A DNA stretch of 64,000 nucleotides from Candidatus Latescibacterota bacterium. Lineage in GTDB: Bacteria > Latescibacterota > UBA2968 > GCA-2709665. The stretch is from positions 3,872,001-3,936,000 of the forward strand of contig OZ242180.1 of the NCBI GenBank assembly GCA_965205485.1, given 5' to 3'. Below the pieces are notes generated by a model that searched no databases, had not been told where the DNA came from, and saw nothing but the letters and a program-made list of their open reading frames with translations. Both the position numbers and the translations under genes were made by a program. Of this stretch, positions 29,060 to 38,736 are shown piece after piece; the first letter of the stretch is position 1; every line of letters starts with the position of its first letter.

Positions 29060-29620
29060 TTACTTTGGCAGCACCCCCAATTGGTCCGCAAACCGTCGCC
29101 ACGTGTCCACCGTACCGTCTTCGAAGGTGACTTTGAAGACGACGCTATCGATTACCGCGACGCTGATGTCTTCGTACACCCGGGTTGCGCCGTCGGTGTT
29201 TTCGAAGGAAACGCGGTTACCGTTTACGACCATGTCTCCGGTTGTGATTCTACCGGTCGCGATATGAGTTATTTCAGGTGATGTTCTGTAGCCGCCGCCG
29301 ATCTCCATATATTCATTCCGGGTGAAAGACTGCGACTCGACCGCTTCCGACTGAAAGCTATAGTTAAGACCTGAAACCTGGATCTGATTCTGGCCCTGAG
29401 AGATCGAGGCCGTGACATGCGCCGTGGTCAAACCGGTGGGGTACCACTCATAGTGACCGCTCACGGCAGGCGGCTTCAGTATCTTTCCGTCCGGCGTCTG
29501 CCTCGATTCCAGGCGCCATTTGCCCCGAAATGCAAACTGGTGTTGTGTCTCGTCCGCGCAACCCGTGATCAGCGAAACTACCGATCCGACGACCAGTGCG
29601 CGGCTCAGGGTTTTGAACAT
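29060..29620 (-). CDS. Hypothetical lipoprotein (beta-rich, possibly lipocalin-like)
   Basis: Signal peptide with lipobox LITG-C and a GKWRL motif. GAGGAGG RBS. Confidence 0.75.
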   Translation of the reverse strand: MFKTLSRALVVGSVVSLITGCADETQHQFAFRGKWRLESRQTPDGKILKPPAVSGHYEWYPTGLTTAHVTASISQGQNQIQVSGLNYSFQSEAVESQSFTRNEYMEIGGGYRTSPEITHIATGRITTGDMVVNGNRVSFENTDGATRVYEDISVAVIDSVVFKVTFEDGTVDTWRRFADQLGVLPK

Positions 29621-29742
29621 CCGGTGTCCTCCTCGCCTCGGTCGAGAGAATCCGTCCCGGCTCCTTCGAAGAATCGTCGTCCGGCGTAAGGGTCAAGGAT
29701 CAATTACGCAACCGGCCGCCGGTCCTTCGATCGCGAAGAATA

Positions 29743-30867
29743 TCATTCGGGATTTTCAATGCAGAATCGATGTACCATTTTTGTGAAGACATCGGAACCC
29801 TTGAGGAGCTGGTCCCGCGCGATCCATTCGTCAACGGTGTGCGCCTGCTGGATATTGCCCGGCCCCATGACAACCAGTTCCATCGTTTTTCCAAATACCA
29901 TGCCATCCGTTCCGTAGGCGACGGTCCTGGGTTTCCGCCTGCCGGTAACCTGAAGCGCTTCCCGGACGACCGGAGAGTCGATGCTCGTGCTGAGCGGATC
30001 GAGGATTTTCGGCACTTCAATCCGGATGCCGTGTTTGTCCGCCATGCGTACCATGCGATTGACAACCGGATTCCAGTTCTGGCCCGGCATCGGCCGACAG
30101 TTGATGGTTGCGCGGCTGACGGGCGCCGTTACGTTTGCGGCCGTATCGCCGTCGGAAAGTACGATATTCAGGGTTGCATGCGGCGGATCGAACGCCTCAT
30201 TCCGATATCGGGCATCGGTCCTCAACATCCCGTCCAGTTTGACGACGTCGTTCAGGAACGGGATGAGCTTGTGATTGGCGTTCGCCCCTTTGCCGGTACT
30301 GCTGTGCGCGGCTTTGCCCCTGGCGGTCGCCTCGAACTTGAGCGAGCCCTTATGGGCATACACAACATTGAGAAGCGTGGGTTCGCCGACGATACCGTAC
30401 CGGATTTCGGACGACTTGAAGATCTTCGATTTCGTTGCTACGGTCTTCGCGCCGCCGCAGTCCGTTTCCTCATCGGCGGTGACGATGACGTATACAGGCG
30501 CATTGAGTTCCTTGACGGAGAAGGCGTTCGCAGCCGCGATCATACATGCGACGGACCCTTTCATGTCGGCGCTGCCTCGTCCGTAGAGCCTGTCGTGCCT
30601 GGCGGTAAGCTTGAACGGATCCGAAGCCCATCCCTCGGCCGGAACCACGTCGGAGTGGGCGAGAAGGGCGATGCCTCCTGTTCCGTTTCCCTTTTTCCCG
30701 ATCACATTTGTCTTTTGCGTGCCTGCCTGGTCCCTGTAATTGACGAGTTCCACCGACATGCCCGCCTTTCGAAGCCATTTGGCAATGGCCCGGGATACCG
30801 GCGTATTGGTGAATTGGGAGGCTGAGTTGTAGGAGACCAGGTCGGCGGTGATTTCAACCACATCCAT
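29743..30867 (-). CDS. M20 family metallohydrolase, acetylornithine deacetylase-like
   Basis: AHSDVVP, LYGRGSADMKG, ADEE, VGEPT and AHTVDE motifs. Confidence 0.92.
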   Translation of the reverse strand: MDVVEITADLVSYNSASQFTNTPVSRAIAKWLRKAGMSVELVNYRDQAGTQKTNVIGKKGNGTGGIALLAHSDVVPAEGWASDPFKLTARHDRLYGRGSADMKGSVACMIAAANAFSVKELNAPVYVIVTADEETDCGGAKTVATKSKIFKSSEIRYGIVGEPTLLNVVYAHKGSLKFEATARGKAAHSSTGKGANANHKLIPFLNDVVKLDGMLRTDARYRNEAFDPPHATLNIVLSDGDTAANVTAPVSRATINCRPMPGQNWNPVVNRMVRMADKHGIRIEVPKILDPLSTSIDSPVVREALQVTGRRKPRTVAYGTDGMVFGKTMELVVMGPGNIQQAHTVDEWIARDQLLKGSDVFTKMVHRFCIENPE

Positions 30868-30949
30868 GTTCCGCTCCTCTACGTGGCCCCGCCGGGCGAT
30901 GCGGATTACGGAAATGTCGAAATGAGAGTTCGTATCCTGTACGTACCAT

Positions 30950-32008
30950 TCATTCCGTGTTGGGGGGCTGACATGCCTGTCCTGCCAATTCCCCGCGGAC
31001 GATTTCGACGCCCCTTACCATGTTCCGGAGCTTCTGGAAGGCCAGCCACCGGGGCAACTGAAAGAAACCGCAGTCGGGCGTGACCGTGAGCTTTTCCGGT
31101 GGGACGTGTTGCAGGGTCAGTCGCACCCGTTCTGCGACGTCCTCGGGCGTTTCAACGTAAAAGGATTTGATGTCGACCAGGCCGGCGGCGACCTCCTTCT
31201 CCTTTGCGATTTCCGCGCAAAGTTCCAGTTCCACCAGTTCACGGTTCGCAAACTCCAGGGAGATCTGTTCGGCGTCGGCGCGAAGGATGTCGTCCAGCAT
31301 CCAGTCGTACCGGCGTTTTCCCCGCGGCCGGCTGCCCAGGTTTCCGAAACAGATATGCAGGCCGATCTTGGCGTTGACGCCCTGTACGGTTTCATTGAAC
31401 AGGTCGATCCAGCTCCGGTCGTCTCCGGGTACTATGGAAAACGAGGGTTCGTCCAGTTGTATGAATTGCGCCCCCGCGTCAACCAGGCGTTTGAGTTCGC
31501 GGTTGACCACTCCCGCGAACTCGTACGCGAGTTCGATCCGGTCCTTGTAGATGCGGTCGTCTTTCAGCTGAATGTGAATGGTAAGCGTCAGGGGGCCGGG
31601 GCAGGTGGCCTTCAATGGACGATCCGTAATGGAACTTGCGAATTGAAACTCCTCGGCGATACCCAGGCCGTCGGGGACCTGGATCCGTTCTTCGGGCCAC
31701 CAGCGCGGGACGCTGTCGTAGCCGTAAACACCCGTGCGCCGGAGTGTCGGCCGGGACGCAAGTCCTTTGAAACGGCGGTAAAAACTCTGAACGAAATACC
31801 AGCGCCGCATCTCGCCGTCGGTGATGATATCCACACCCGCTCGCGTCTGGTCCAGCATGGCGAGATGCACGGCGTCGTCGAAGGTCTCGCGAACGTCGGT
31901 GGGTCCGAACTCGCCCTCTTCGATTTGTTCCACAGCCGTCCAGAACCAACCCGGCAGCGCGTAGCTTCCGATCACACTCGTCGGTATCAATGGTAATTCG
32001 GAATTCAT
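30950..32008 (-). CDS. Cobalamin-independent methionine synthase II family (single catalytic domain)
   Basis: GVDIITDGE.RR, IQLDEP, HICFGN and PDCG Zn ligands. Confidence 0.93.
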   Translation of the reverse strand: MNSELPLIPTSVIGSYALPGWFWTAVEQIEEGEFGPTDVRETFDDAVHLAMLDQTRAGVDIITDGEMRRWYFVQSFYRRFKGLASRPTLRRTGVYGYDSVPRWWPEERIQVPDGLGIAEEFQFASSITDRPLKATCPGPLTLTIHIQLKDDRIYKDRIELAYEFAGVVNRELKRLVDAGAQFIQLDEPSFSIVPGDDRSWIDLFNETVQGVNAKIGLHICFGNLGSRPRGKRRYDWMLDDILRADAEQISLEFANRELVELELCAEIAKEKEVAAGLVDIKSFYVETPEDVAERVRLTLQHVPPEKLTVTPDCGFFQLPRWLAFQKLRNMVRGVEIVRGELAGQACQPPNTE

Positions 32009-32148
32009 GGGTCGTTTGTCCATCTGCCACAGAACGCGGGAACCGGGCTGTGGAAGGTCAACCGGGAACCATATAAGAAGCGACGGCGGCCCGGCTTTGT
32101 CAAGCAGAAACGTGGCGGAGGAACCCCGACGGGCGCGGGAGACGGGCA

Positions 32149-32177
32149 TTGACTTGCAGTCCCTCATGGACTATCTT
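32149..32177 (+). promoter_or_regulatory. Sigma70-like promoter for ggt
   Basis: TTGACT-17nt-TATCTT. Confidence 0.55.
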
Positions 32178-32358
32178 CCGCTTACCCCACGGTTGTCGAA
32201 GCGTCGGGTCCGACACCCCCCTTCGGGATCCGGCAGCCTTGCGGGTTTTCCGCAGTGTCCTCAATGCTCCATTTCCGTTTCAAGATCCATTGGAAACGTC
32301 GTGCTGGTCTCTTCGCCGGTCCAAATCCGAAGGGATCTGTCGATAAGGAATCCTGTCT

Positions 32359-33987
32359 ATGGCCTTCTCTTCAGTCGGAACGGTGCATCGTTCCACGGTA
32401 ACCGGCACCCGGGGAATGGTTGCCAGCGGGCATCCGCTGGCGAGCCTCGCCGGGGTCCGGATGCTGCTCGAACAGGGCAATGCGTTCGACGCTGCGGTGG
32501 CCGTCGCGGCGGCGCTGAATGTCGTCGAGCCATATATGTCCGGCATTGCCGGCGTGGGATATGCGCTGGTCTATTCCGCAGCGGAAGAACGCGTTCGTGT
32601 ATTGGATTATTGCGGGCGCACCCCGCACGACGCCACCTCGGAGTCCTTCACGTCGCCGCACCATCAGGACGGTGGGGTGATGTCGTGCCTGGTTCCCGGC
32701 GCCTGCGGCGGATGGCTCGAGCTTCTGGACAGATACGGCACGATGGACCGGGCAACGGTATTCGCGCCGGCAATTGAACTCGCCGAAAACGGCTTCCCGG
32801 CCACCGTGAAGAATGCCCGGTTCATACAGGATTCCCTGCCTCGAATGCGACCATCGGGAACCCGGGTGATTCTGAGCGGCGGCCGGTCGCCCCTTGCCGG
32901 GGACGTCCTGATCCAGAGAGATATTGCCCGGACGTTTCGCAGGGTCGTGGAAGGCGGCGCCGAGGTCTTCTACCGGGGAGACCTCGCATCCGAGATTGCG
33001 GGATACGTGCAGGCCGGGGGAGGACTCCTTTCGCGGAAAGACCTCGCGGATTTCGAGGTTGAATGGACCGATGCCGTTTCAACGGCCTATCGCGATTTCC
33101 ACGTGTTCTGCCCGCCGCTCCCCAGCGCGGGCTTTCACATTCTCCAGGCCCTGAATATGCTCGAAGGCTATGATCTCAAGGACTTGGGCCACCATTCTGA
33201 GGAGGCGCTCCACCTTTTTATCGAGGTACTGAAGCTGGGCAATGCGGATCGGGTGGCATTCGCCGCGGCACCTGAGGCGCCACTGGGTGGTCTGCTTTCA
33301 AAGGCATACGCGAATGAACGCAGGCGACTGATCGGGGACCGGGCGGCGGTGAATCGCGGCGAATATTACGCTGCGGTCGGCCTGCCTGGGGAGATTGCTC
33401 CGGGACAGCCGGGAGACTGGCTTAATGAATGCACGACGCATTTCGACGTGGTGGACGCGGAAGGTAATGCTGTGGCGGTTACGCAGAGCCTGGGATCGGG
33501 ATTCGGCTCGGGCGAGATTATCGGAAACACCGGAATGTTCCTGAACAATTTCATCAAATGGGCCGATACGGTGTCAGGCAGCCCCAACTGTATCGAGCCC
33601 CACAAGAAAATCGATATGTGTCTCTCGCCGTGCCAGGTTTTCAAGGATGGTCGTCTCCTGGCGGCGCTGGGCACTCCGGGAAGTTGGGGGATTCAGCAGA
33701 CGACAACCCAGTTCACCACCAATTTTCTGGATTACGGGATGAACATTCAAGCCGCCATCGAAGCGCCGAGATTCCGCTTTCAACACGCCGGCACACGCGT
33801 CTATATGGAGTCCCGGGTGCCGGCAGAAATCCGGTCCGGCCTGATTCGCCGCGGGCATCAGATCGACGTTGTCGACGCATTCTCGCACGTAACAGGGGGT
33901 GCGCAGGGGATTTCCGTAGACCACGAAAGCGGCGCCCTGATGGGTGGAGCGGATCCCCGACGGGACGGCTACGCCATTGGACTCTGA
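32359..33987 (+). CDS. ggt: Gamma-glutamyltransferase family protein, no signal peptide
   Basis: GNAFDAAVA, VVEPYMSG, TTHF (Thr nucleophile), GTPG and GADPRRDG motifs. Confidence 0.93.
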   Translation: MAFSSVGTVHRSTVTGTRGMVASGHPLASLAGVRMLLEQGNAFDAAVAVAAALNVVEPYMSGIAGVGYALVYSAAEERVRVLDYCGRTPHDATSESFTSPHHQDGGVMSCLVPGACGGWLELLDRYGTMDRATVFAPAIELAENGFPATVKNARFIQDSLPRMRPSGTRVILSGGRSPLAGDVLIQRDIARTFRRVVEGGAEVFYRGDLASEIAGYVQAGGGLLSRKDLADFEVEWTDAVSTAYRDFHVFCPPLPSAGFHILQALNMLEGYDLKDLGHHSEEALHLFIEVLKLGNADRVAFAAAPEAPLGGLLSKAYANERRRLIGDRAAVNRGEYYAAVGLPGEIAPGQPGDWLNECTTHFDVVDAEGNAVAVTQSLGSGFGSGEIIGNTGMFLNNFIKWADTVSGSPNCIEPHKKIDMCLSPCQVFKDGRLLAALGTPGSWGIQQTTTQFTTNFLDYGMNIQAAIEAPRFRFQHAGTRVYMESRVPAEIRSGLIRRGHQIDVVDAFSHVTGGAQGISVDHESGALMGGADPRRDGYAIGL

Positions 33988-34077
33988 GACGAACCGTTGC
34001 GCCCCGACGATGGTTGAACCCCGATAGAGTGGGACCTGCCCGGCTCCCTGCGCGGTTAGCGGACGGAAGCGTTTGGC

Positions 34078-35436
34078 ATGAGGGAATTTTCATCTGCGCA
34101 CTGGAGGCGGGCGCAGGCCGAGCCGTATGAACCGGACCCGGCGGAAGTCCGCCGCAACAGGCGGCTGCTGATTCTGAACGGCGGTCTCGTCTTCATGTCG
34201 ATGACGTTGGCCAGCTCGGATATGGTGCTGCCGGCGTTCGTACAGTCGCTGACGGCCTCGAGCGTCGCGGTCGGACTGGTCGGCGCGCTGATGCGGATCG
34301 GATGGGCGTGGCCTCAGATATTCATCTCCCGAATCATTGAAAGCAGAAGACGCAAAATGCCCTTCCTGCTTCTCGCGGGCGGGATGCGCAGTTCCGTCTG
34401 GCTGGCGATCGCGGGGCTGACGTACCTGATGGGAGGTCGTCAGCCGTTTTATTTTTTAGTCTGTTTTTTGATACTGTACGCGATTTCCACCTCCATGATG
34501 GGTATCTGGAACGTCCCCTGGATGGACATTGTGGGAAAGGTCGTCCCGCCGCGAGACCGTTCGCGCCTCTTCGCGGTACGGAGGCTCTGCGGCGGCATAA
34601 CGGCGATGGCGGCTGGCGGGGTGATTACGTTCGTACTCAGCGACCGCAGCGGCGTTGCCTTTCCGGCGAACTACGCGGCGTTGTTCCTGCTGGCCGGACT
34701 GGGAAACGCGCTTTCGGTTTTCGTATTCAGCAGAATCCGGGAACCGGTGGGTCCTGTGCGGCATCTCCGGCAGCCGCTTTCCAACTACCTGAACAGCGGG
34801 TTACGCCTGCTGAAGAACGACACCGACTACCGTCGACTGTGCGGGATGCAGCTCCTGTGGTCGTTTATGATGATGGGAGCGCCGTTTTATGTGCCCTACG
34901 CGATTACCGACCTGGGGTTCGGGCTGGTCTATGTAGGCGTTTTTGTTTCAGTCATGCAGGTCAGTACCGTACTGTCAAACGCGCTCTGGGCTCACGTCGG
35001 GCATCGTAAAGGCAACCGTGCGCTTCTTGTTTACGGTTCGTATCTGATGGCGTTGTCGGTCGCCGTTCCGCTGTTGGCCGCATACGTGCCGTCACTGTCC
35101 TTCGCACCGCTTTCGAATTGGGGCATCGACTGGTCATTTGATCCGCACATCGTCTTTTATGCACTCACGTTCGTCTTTTCGGGATTCGCCAGCAGCGCGA
35201 TGTTTAACGGCCGCATGGCATACGTGTTGGAACTCGCGCCGGAAAACCGCCGTCCAACGTATACCAGTTTCCTGAACATGTTTGCGCTGCCGCAGGGGTT
35301 TCTGCCGGTGCTGGCCGGTCTGCTCGTGGCGTGGATCTCGTATCGGCCGATGTTCTGGATCGCCCTCCTGTTCGTTCCGCCCACCGTGTTCTTCGTGCAC
35401 CGGCTCGGCGATGCAGGGCTCCGGCGTTCCGATTGA
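34078..35436 (+). CDS. MFS transporter
   Basis: About 12 hydrophobic segments; LELAP..RRPTY motif. Confidence 0.88.
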   Translation: MREFSSAHWRRAQAEPYEPDPAEVRRNRRLLILNGGLVFMSMTLASSDMVLPAFVQSLTASSVAVGLVGALMRIGWAWPQIFISRIIESRRRKMPFLLLAGGMRSSVWLAIAGLTYLMGGRQPFYFLVCFLILYAISTSMMGIWNVPWMDIVGKVVPPRDRSRLFAVRRLCGGITAMAAGGVITFVLSDRSGVAFPANYAALFLLAGLGNALSVFVFSRIREPVGPVRHLRQPLSNYLNSGLRLLKNDTDYRRLCGMQLLWSFMMMGAPFYVPYAITDLGFGLVYVGVFVSVMQVSTVLSNALWAHVGHRKGNRALLVYGSYLMALSVAVPLLAAYVPSLSFAPLSNWGIDWSFDPHIVFYALTFVFSGFASSAMFNGRMAYVLELAPENRRPTYTSFLNMFALPQGFLPVLAGLLVAWISYRPMFWIALLFVPPTVFFVHRLGDAGLRRSD

Positions 35437-35458
35437 CGGGCTCGATGGTCACGCACGT

Positions 35459-36832
35459 TCACCGGTCCAGAGTATCCGCCAGTTCTTCGGCAGGATAGGT
35501 GATGATCTCGGCGAGGGTAGGATGGTAGTGAGGAATCCGGAGAAGGTCGAAGACGGTACCCCGGTAGTAAATTACCGCGGCGAGTTCATGGATGAGTTCG
35601 GAAGCGTCGGGGCCCGTGATATGACCCGCGATGAGCTCGCCGCTTTCCGGATGGCACAGGATCTTCACCGTGCCGTGAATTTCGCCCATAACCATGGATT
35701 TCCCGTGATCGCTGAACGGATATTCCGCCGAACGATACGCGATGCGCTGTTCCCGGCATTCCCGCTCGGTTGGGCCCACGGCCGCGACCTGCGGGTCGGT
35801 GAATACAACTGAGGTTCGCAACCGATAGTCGATCGTCTTCCGGGGCGTTCCGCCGGCGGCGTTGTGGCCGGCGACCTCTCCCTGCTGCACCGCGATATGT
35901 ACGATTTCGTACGGTCCCACGCAATCGCCTGCGGCGAAGATATGTTCCGCGCTCGTCTGCATCCGGTCGTTGGCCGCAATGCTCCCGTCACGGACCTCGA
36001 CGCCGGCGCGTTCGAGTGCGAGCCCGGCGAGGTCCGGCGTACGGCCCAAAGCGTTGAAGACGACGTCGGCTGTGACCGTACGGGACTCGTTGCCCTGCAG
36101 AAAGCGCACCGTGGCGCGACCCCCTGTCCCGCTGACCTGCTGGAGGCGGGTGTCCGTGTATACCTGCATCCCTTCTTCTTTCAGGCGGGTTTCCACGGGC
36201 AGGACCATGTCCGCGTCAAAGCCGCTGAGCAGCTGGCCGCTCCTCTGTATGAGGGTGGTCCGCGAACCCATCCGACACAGAAACTGTCCCAGTTCGGCGG
36301 CGACGGCGCCGCCTCCGAGCACGATCACGGATCCGGGAAGTTCCCGCAGTTCCAGGACGTCGTCGCTCGTGAGGTAGCCCGTTTCCTCCAGACCGGGTAC
36401 GGGAATTCTGCTGACCGCGGAGCCCACGGCGATAACAAAACGCCGCCCAGAGACCTCTTCCGTGCCGACGCAAACGGAGTTCGGCGATTCAAAGCGCGCC
36501 CTGCCGCGTATCAGCTTGAATCTCGGGCTGCAAAGTTGCCGGACCCTGTAGTCCGCGAATTCGTCGACGAGCGTGCGTTTCCGGTCGTTGACTGCAGCCA
36601 GGTCGGGGGAGATGTCACCGGCATTCAGGCCGAACTCTCTGGCCCGTTTCATCAGGGAGAACACATCCGAACTGCGAAGCAGCGTCTTGGACGGCATGCA
36701 GCCGCGCAGGATACAGAGGCCGCCGAGCGGCCCTTTGTCCACAATGGCGACCTGTGCTCCGTTGTCCGCGGCGACGCGGGCGGCGGCATAGCCCGCGCTG
36801 CCTCCTCCGATGACGACGACGTCGTAAGTCAT
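35459..36832 (-). CDS. Pyridine nucleotide-disulfide oxidoreductase (dihydrolipoamide dehydrogenase-like)
   Basis: GGGSAG, GGLCILRGCMPSK and HYHPTLAE motifs. No C-terminal CC. Confidence 0.92.
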   Translation of the reverse strand: MTYDVVVIGGGSAGYAAARVAADNGAQVAIVDKGPLGGLCILRGCMPSKTLLRSSDVFSLMKRAREFGLNAGDISPDLAAVNDRKRTLVDEFADYRVRQLCSPRFKLIRGRARFESPNSVCVGTEEVSGRRFVIAVGSAVSRIPVPGLEETGYLTSDDVLELRELPGSVIVLGGGAVAAELGQFLCRMGSRTTLIQRSGQLLSGFDADMVLPVETRLKEEGMQVYTDTRLQQVSGTGGRATVRFLQGNESRTVTADVVFNALGRTPDLAGLALERAGVEVRDGSIAANDRMQTSAEHIFAAGDCVGPYEIVHIAVQQGEVAGHNAAGGTPRKTIDYRLRTSVVFTDPQVAAVGPTERECREQRIAYRSAEYPFSDHGKSMVMGEIHGTVKILCHPESGELIAGHITGPDASELIHELAAVIYYRGTVFDLLRIPHYHPTLAEIITYPAEELADTLDR

Positions 36833-37035
36833 GGCCTGCCCCTGCATTGTGAGATGATTCGCGCCTCGTCCAGGTGCGGTCAGCGAATCTAGGCACTGCG
36901 CAAACACCGGACAAGGAAAAAATGGCACAACTGCGCCGGCCGCCGGAGGGGCGTGCCGACGCCGCCGTTGTCAATTGCCAAACGAACGCCGGTTGGATGT
37001 GATAGCGGACCGGGTCCGATTGCGATGAGGCGTCC

Positions 37036-38517
37036 ATGATCTCACGGTGGCGGGAGGAGGGCGGTTACAGGGACGTGTTGCGGTTGGCGGCGCCACTTAT
37101 TCTGAGTACGGGGTCGTGGAGCCTGCAGATCTTCGTGGATCGGGTCTTCCTGAGCTGGTACGATCGGGATGTGCTCGCGGCCAGTCTTCCCGCCGGCATG
37201 TTGCACTTCACGTTTTCAAGCCTGTTCATCGGGACGGTTGCGTACGTGAACACATTTGTCGCCCAGTATTGGGGCGCGGACCGGCCCGAACGCGTGGGAC
37301 CCGCGGTGTGGCAGGGGATTTACGTCGGACTGGCGTCGGGGTTGGTTATTCTTTGTCTGATGCCGTTTTCCGGGACATTCTTTGAATGGGCGGGACATGA
37401 ACCGCGGATACGCGCGCTGGAGGCGGAGTATTTCAGGATTCTGTGCTTCATGGGGCCGGGTATTACCGGGGTGGCGGTGTCCTCTTTCTTCAGCGGTCGA
37501 GGGGACACGCGGACGGTCATGTGGGTGAATTTCCTCGCGACCGGGCTGAATATCGTCCTCGATTATGCGTGGATTTTCGGCCATTGGGGATTCCCCGAAT
37601 GGGGCATTCGCGGCGCGGCCTGGGCGACGGTAGTATCGCACCTCATGATCCCCATCGTGTTCTTCTTCCTGATGATGCGTCCCCGACACCGCGATACCCT
37701 TTGCACCCTGAGCGGATGGCGTCCGGACGCGGCGATGCTGCGTCGGCTGGTGCGTTTCGGACTGCCGAACGGCGTTCAGTTCATGTTGGAAATTCTGGGC
37801 TTTTCGATGTTCATTCTGCTGGTTGGGAAACTGGGTACCACCGCGCTGGCGGCAACGAGTGTAACGTTCAACCTGAATACGCTCGCCTTCCTCCCGATGA
37901 TGGGGCTGGGGATCGCCGTTTCAACGCTTGTGGGTCAATACCTGGGGAAGAACAGGGAGGACCTGGCCGAGCGCGGCACGTGGTCGGCGGTACACCTCAG
38001 TCTGGCGTATATGCTGGTGATGGCCGCGGGGTATGTCTTCTTGCCGGGTCTGTTTCTGAAACCGTATATTGCCGGCGCCGATCCCGAGGCGTTCGAAGAG
38101 ATCTGGGACATGTCCGTCGTCCTGTTGCGTTTCGTTGCGGTCTATTGTGTCTTCGATGCATTCTATATCGTCTTTTCAGCCGCTGTGAAGGGCGCCGGCG
38201 ATACTCGTTTCGTCATGCTCGCGTCCGTAGCGCTCGGCTGGTTCGTCATGGTCCTGCCAACCTACCTGTCGGTCGTGACGTACGGGATGGGCCTTTACGT
38301 CGCCTGGATCTTCGTCACCCTCTATCTTGTTCTGGGCGGATTGATATTCATGCTGCGTTTCCGGGGCGGCAGGTGGAAGTCGATGCGTGTCATCGAATCA
38401 TCTGAAACCGCACGGGCACGACCCATCGGACCGGCGGTGGACGATGTTGTGAACCAAAGGGCGAGTCAATCCGGCACCAGGGAATATGGAGATGAGGTCT
38501 CCCGTGATTCCCAATGA
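37036..38517 (+). CDS. MATE family efflux transporter
   Basis: Two-fold repeat with GRGDT/GAGDT and GIRGAAWAT motifs. Confidence 0.93.
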   Translation: MISRWREEGGYRDVLRLAAPLILSTGSWSLQIFVDRVFLSWYDRDVLAASLPAGMLHFTFSSLFIGTVAYVNTFVAQYWGADRPERVGPAVWQGIYVGLASGLVILCLMPFSGTFFEWAGHEPRIRALEAEYFRILCFMGPGITGVAVSSFFSGRGDTRTVMWVNFLATGLNIVLDYAWIFGHWGFPEWGIRGAAWATVVSHLMIPIVFFFLMMRPRHRDTLCTLSGWRPDAAMLRRLVRFGLPNGVQFMLEILGFSMFILLVGKLGTTALAATSVTFNLNTLAFLPMMGLGIAVSTLVGQYLGKNREDLAERGTWSAVHLSLAYMLVMAAGYVFLPGLFLKPYIAGADPEAFEEIWDMSVVLLRFVAVYCVFDAFYIVFSAAVKGAGDTRFVMLASVALGWFVMVLPTYLSVVTYGMGLYVAWIFVTLYLVLGGLIFMLRFRGGRWKSMRVIESSETARARPIGPAVDDVVNQRASQSGTREYGDEVSRDSQ

Positions 38518-38736
38518 ACCGTCGCAGCCAACGGGCGTCTGAAGAGCGTTGGTATCGCCGGATTCGCCCGTGGGTCCGGCCCGGAAGAAGGTGGACGCCG
38601 GATCCGAATCAACGGATCGACCGCTGCTATCATCCATTCGTTTTACAGACGCTGTTTGCGTAGAGGTCTGCCAGTTTGTTCGACAGACCTGCCCCGGCAC
38701 AGGGATTCAAAGTATGTGTAACCAGAGCGATATAGC

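Noticed and set aside
35459..36832. Mercuric reductase MerA
   Set aside because: No C-terminal Cys-Cys pair, no N-terminal metal-binding domain and no mer genes nearby.
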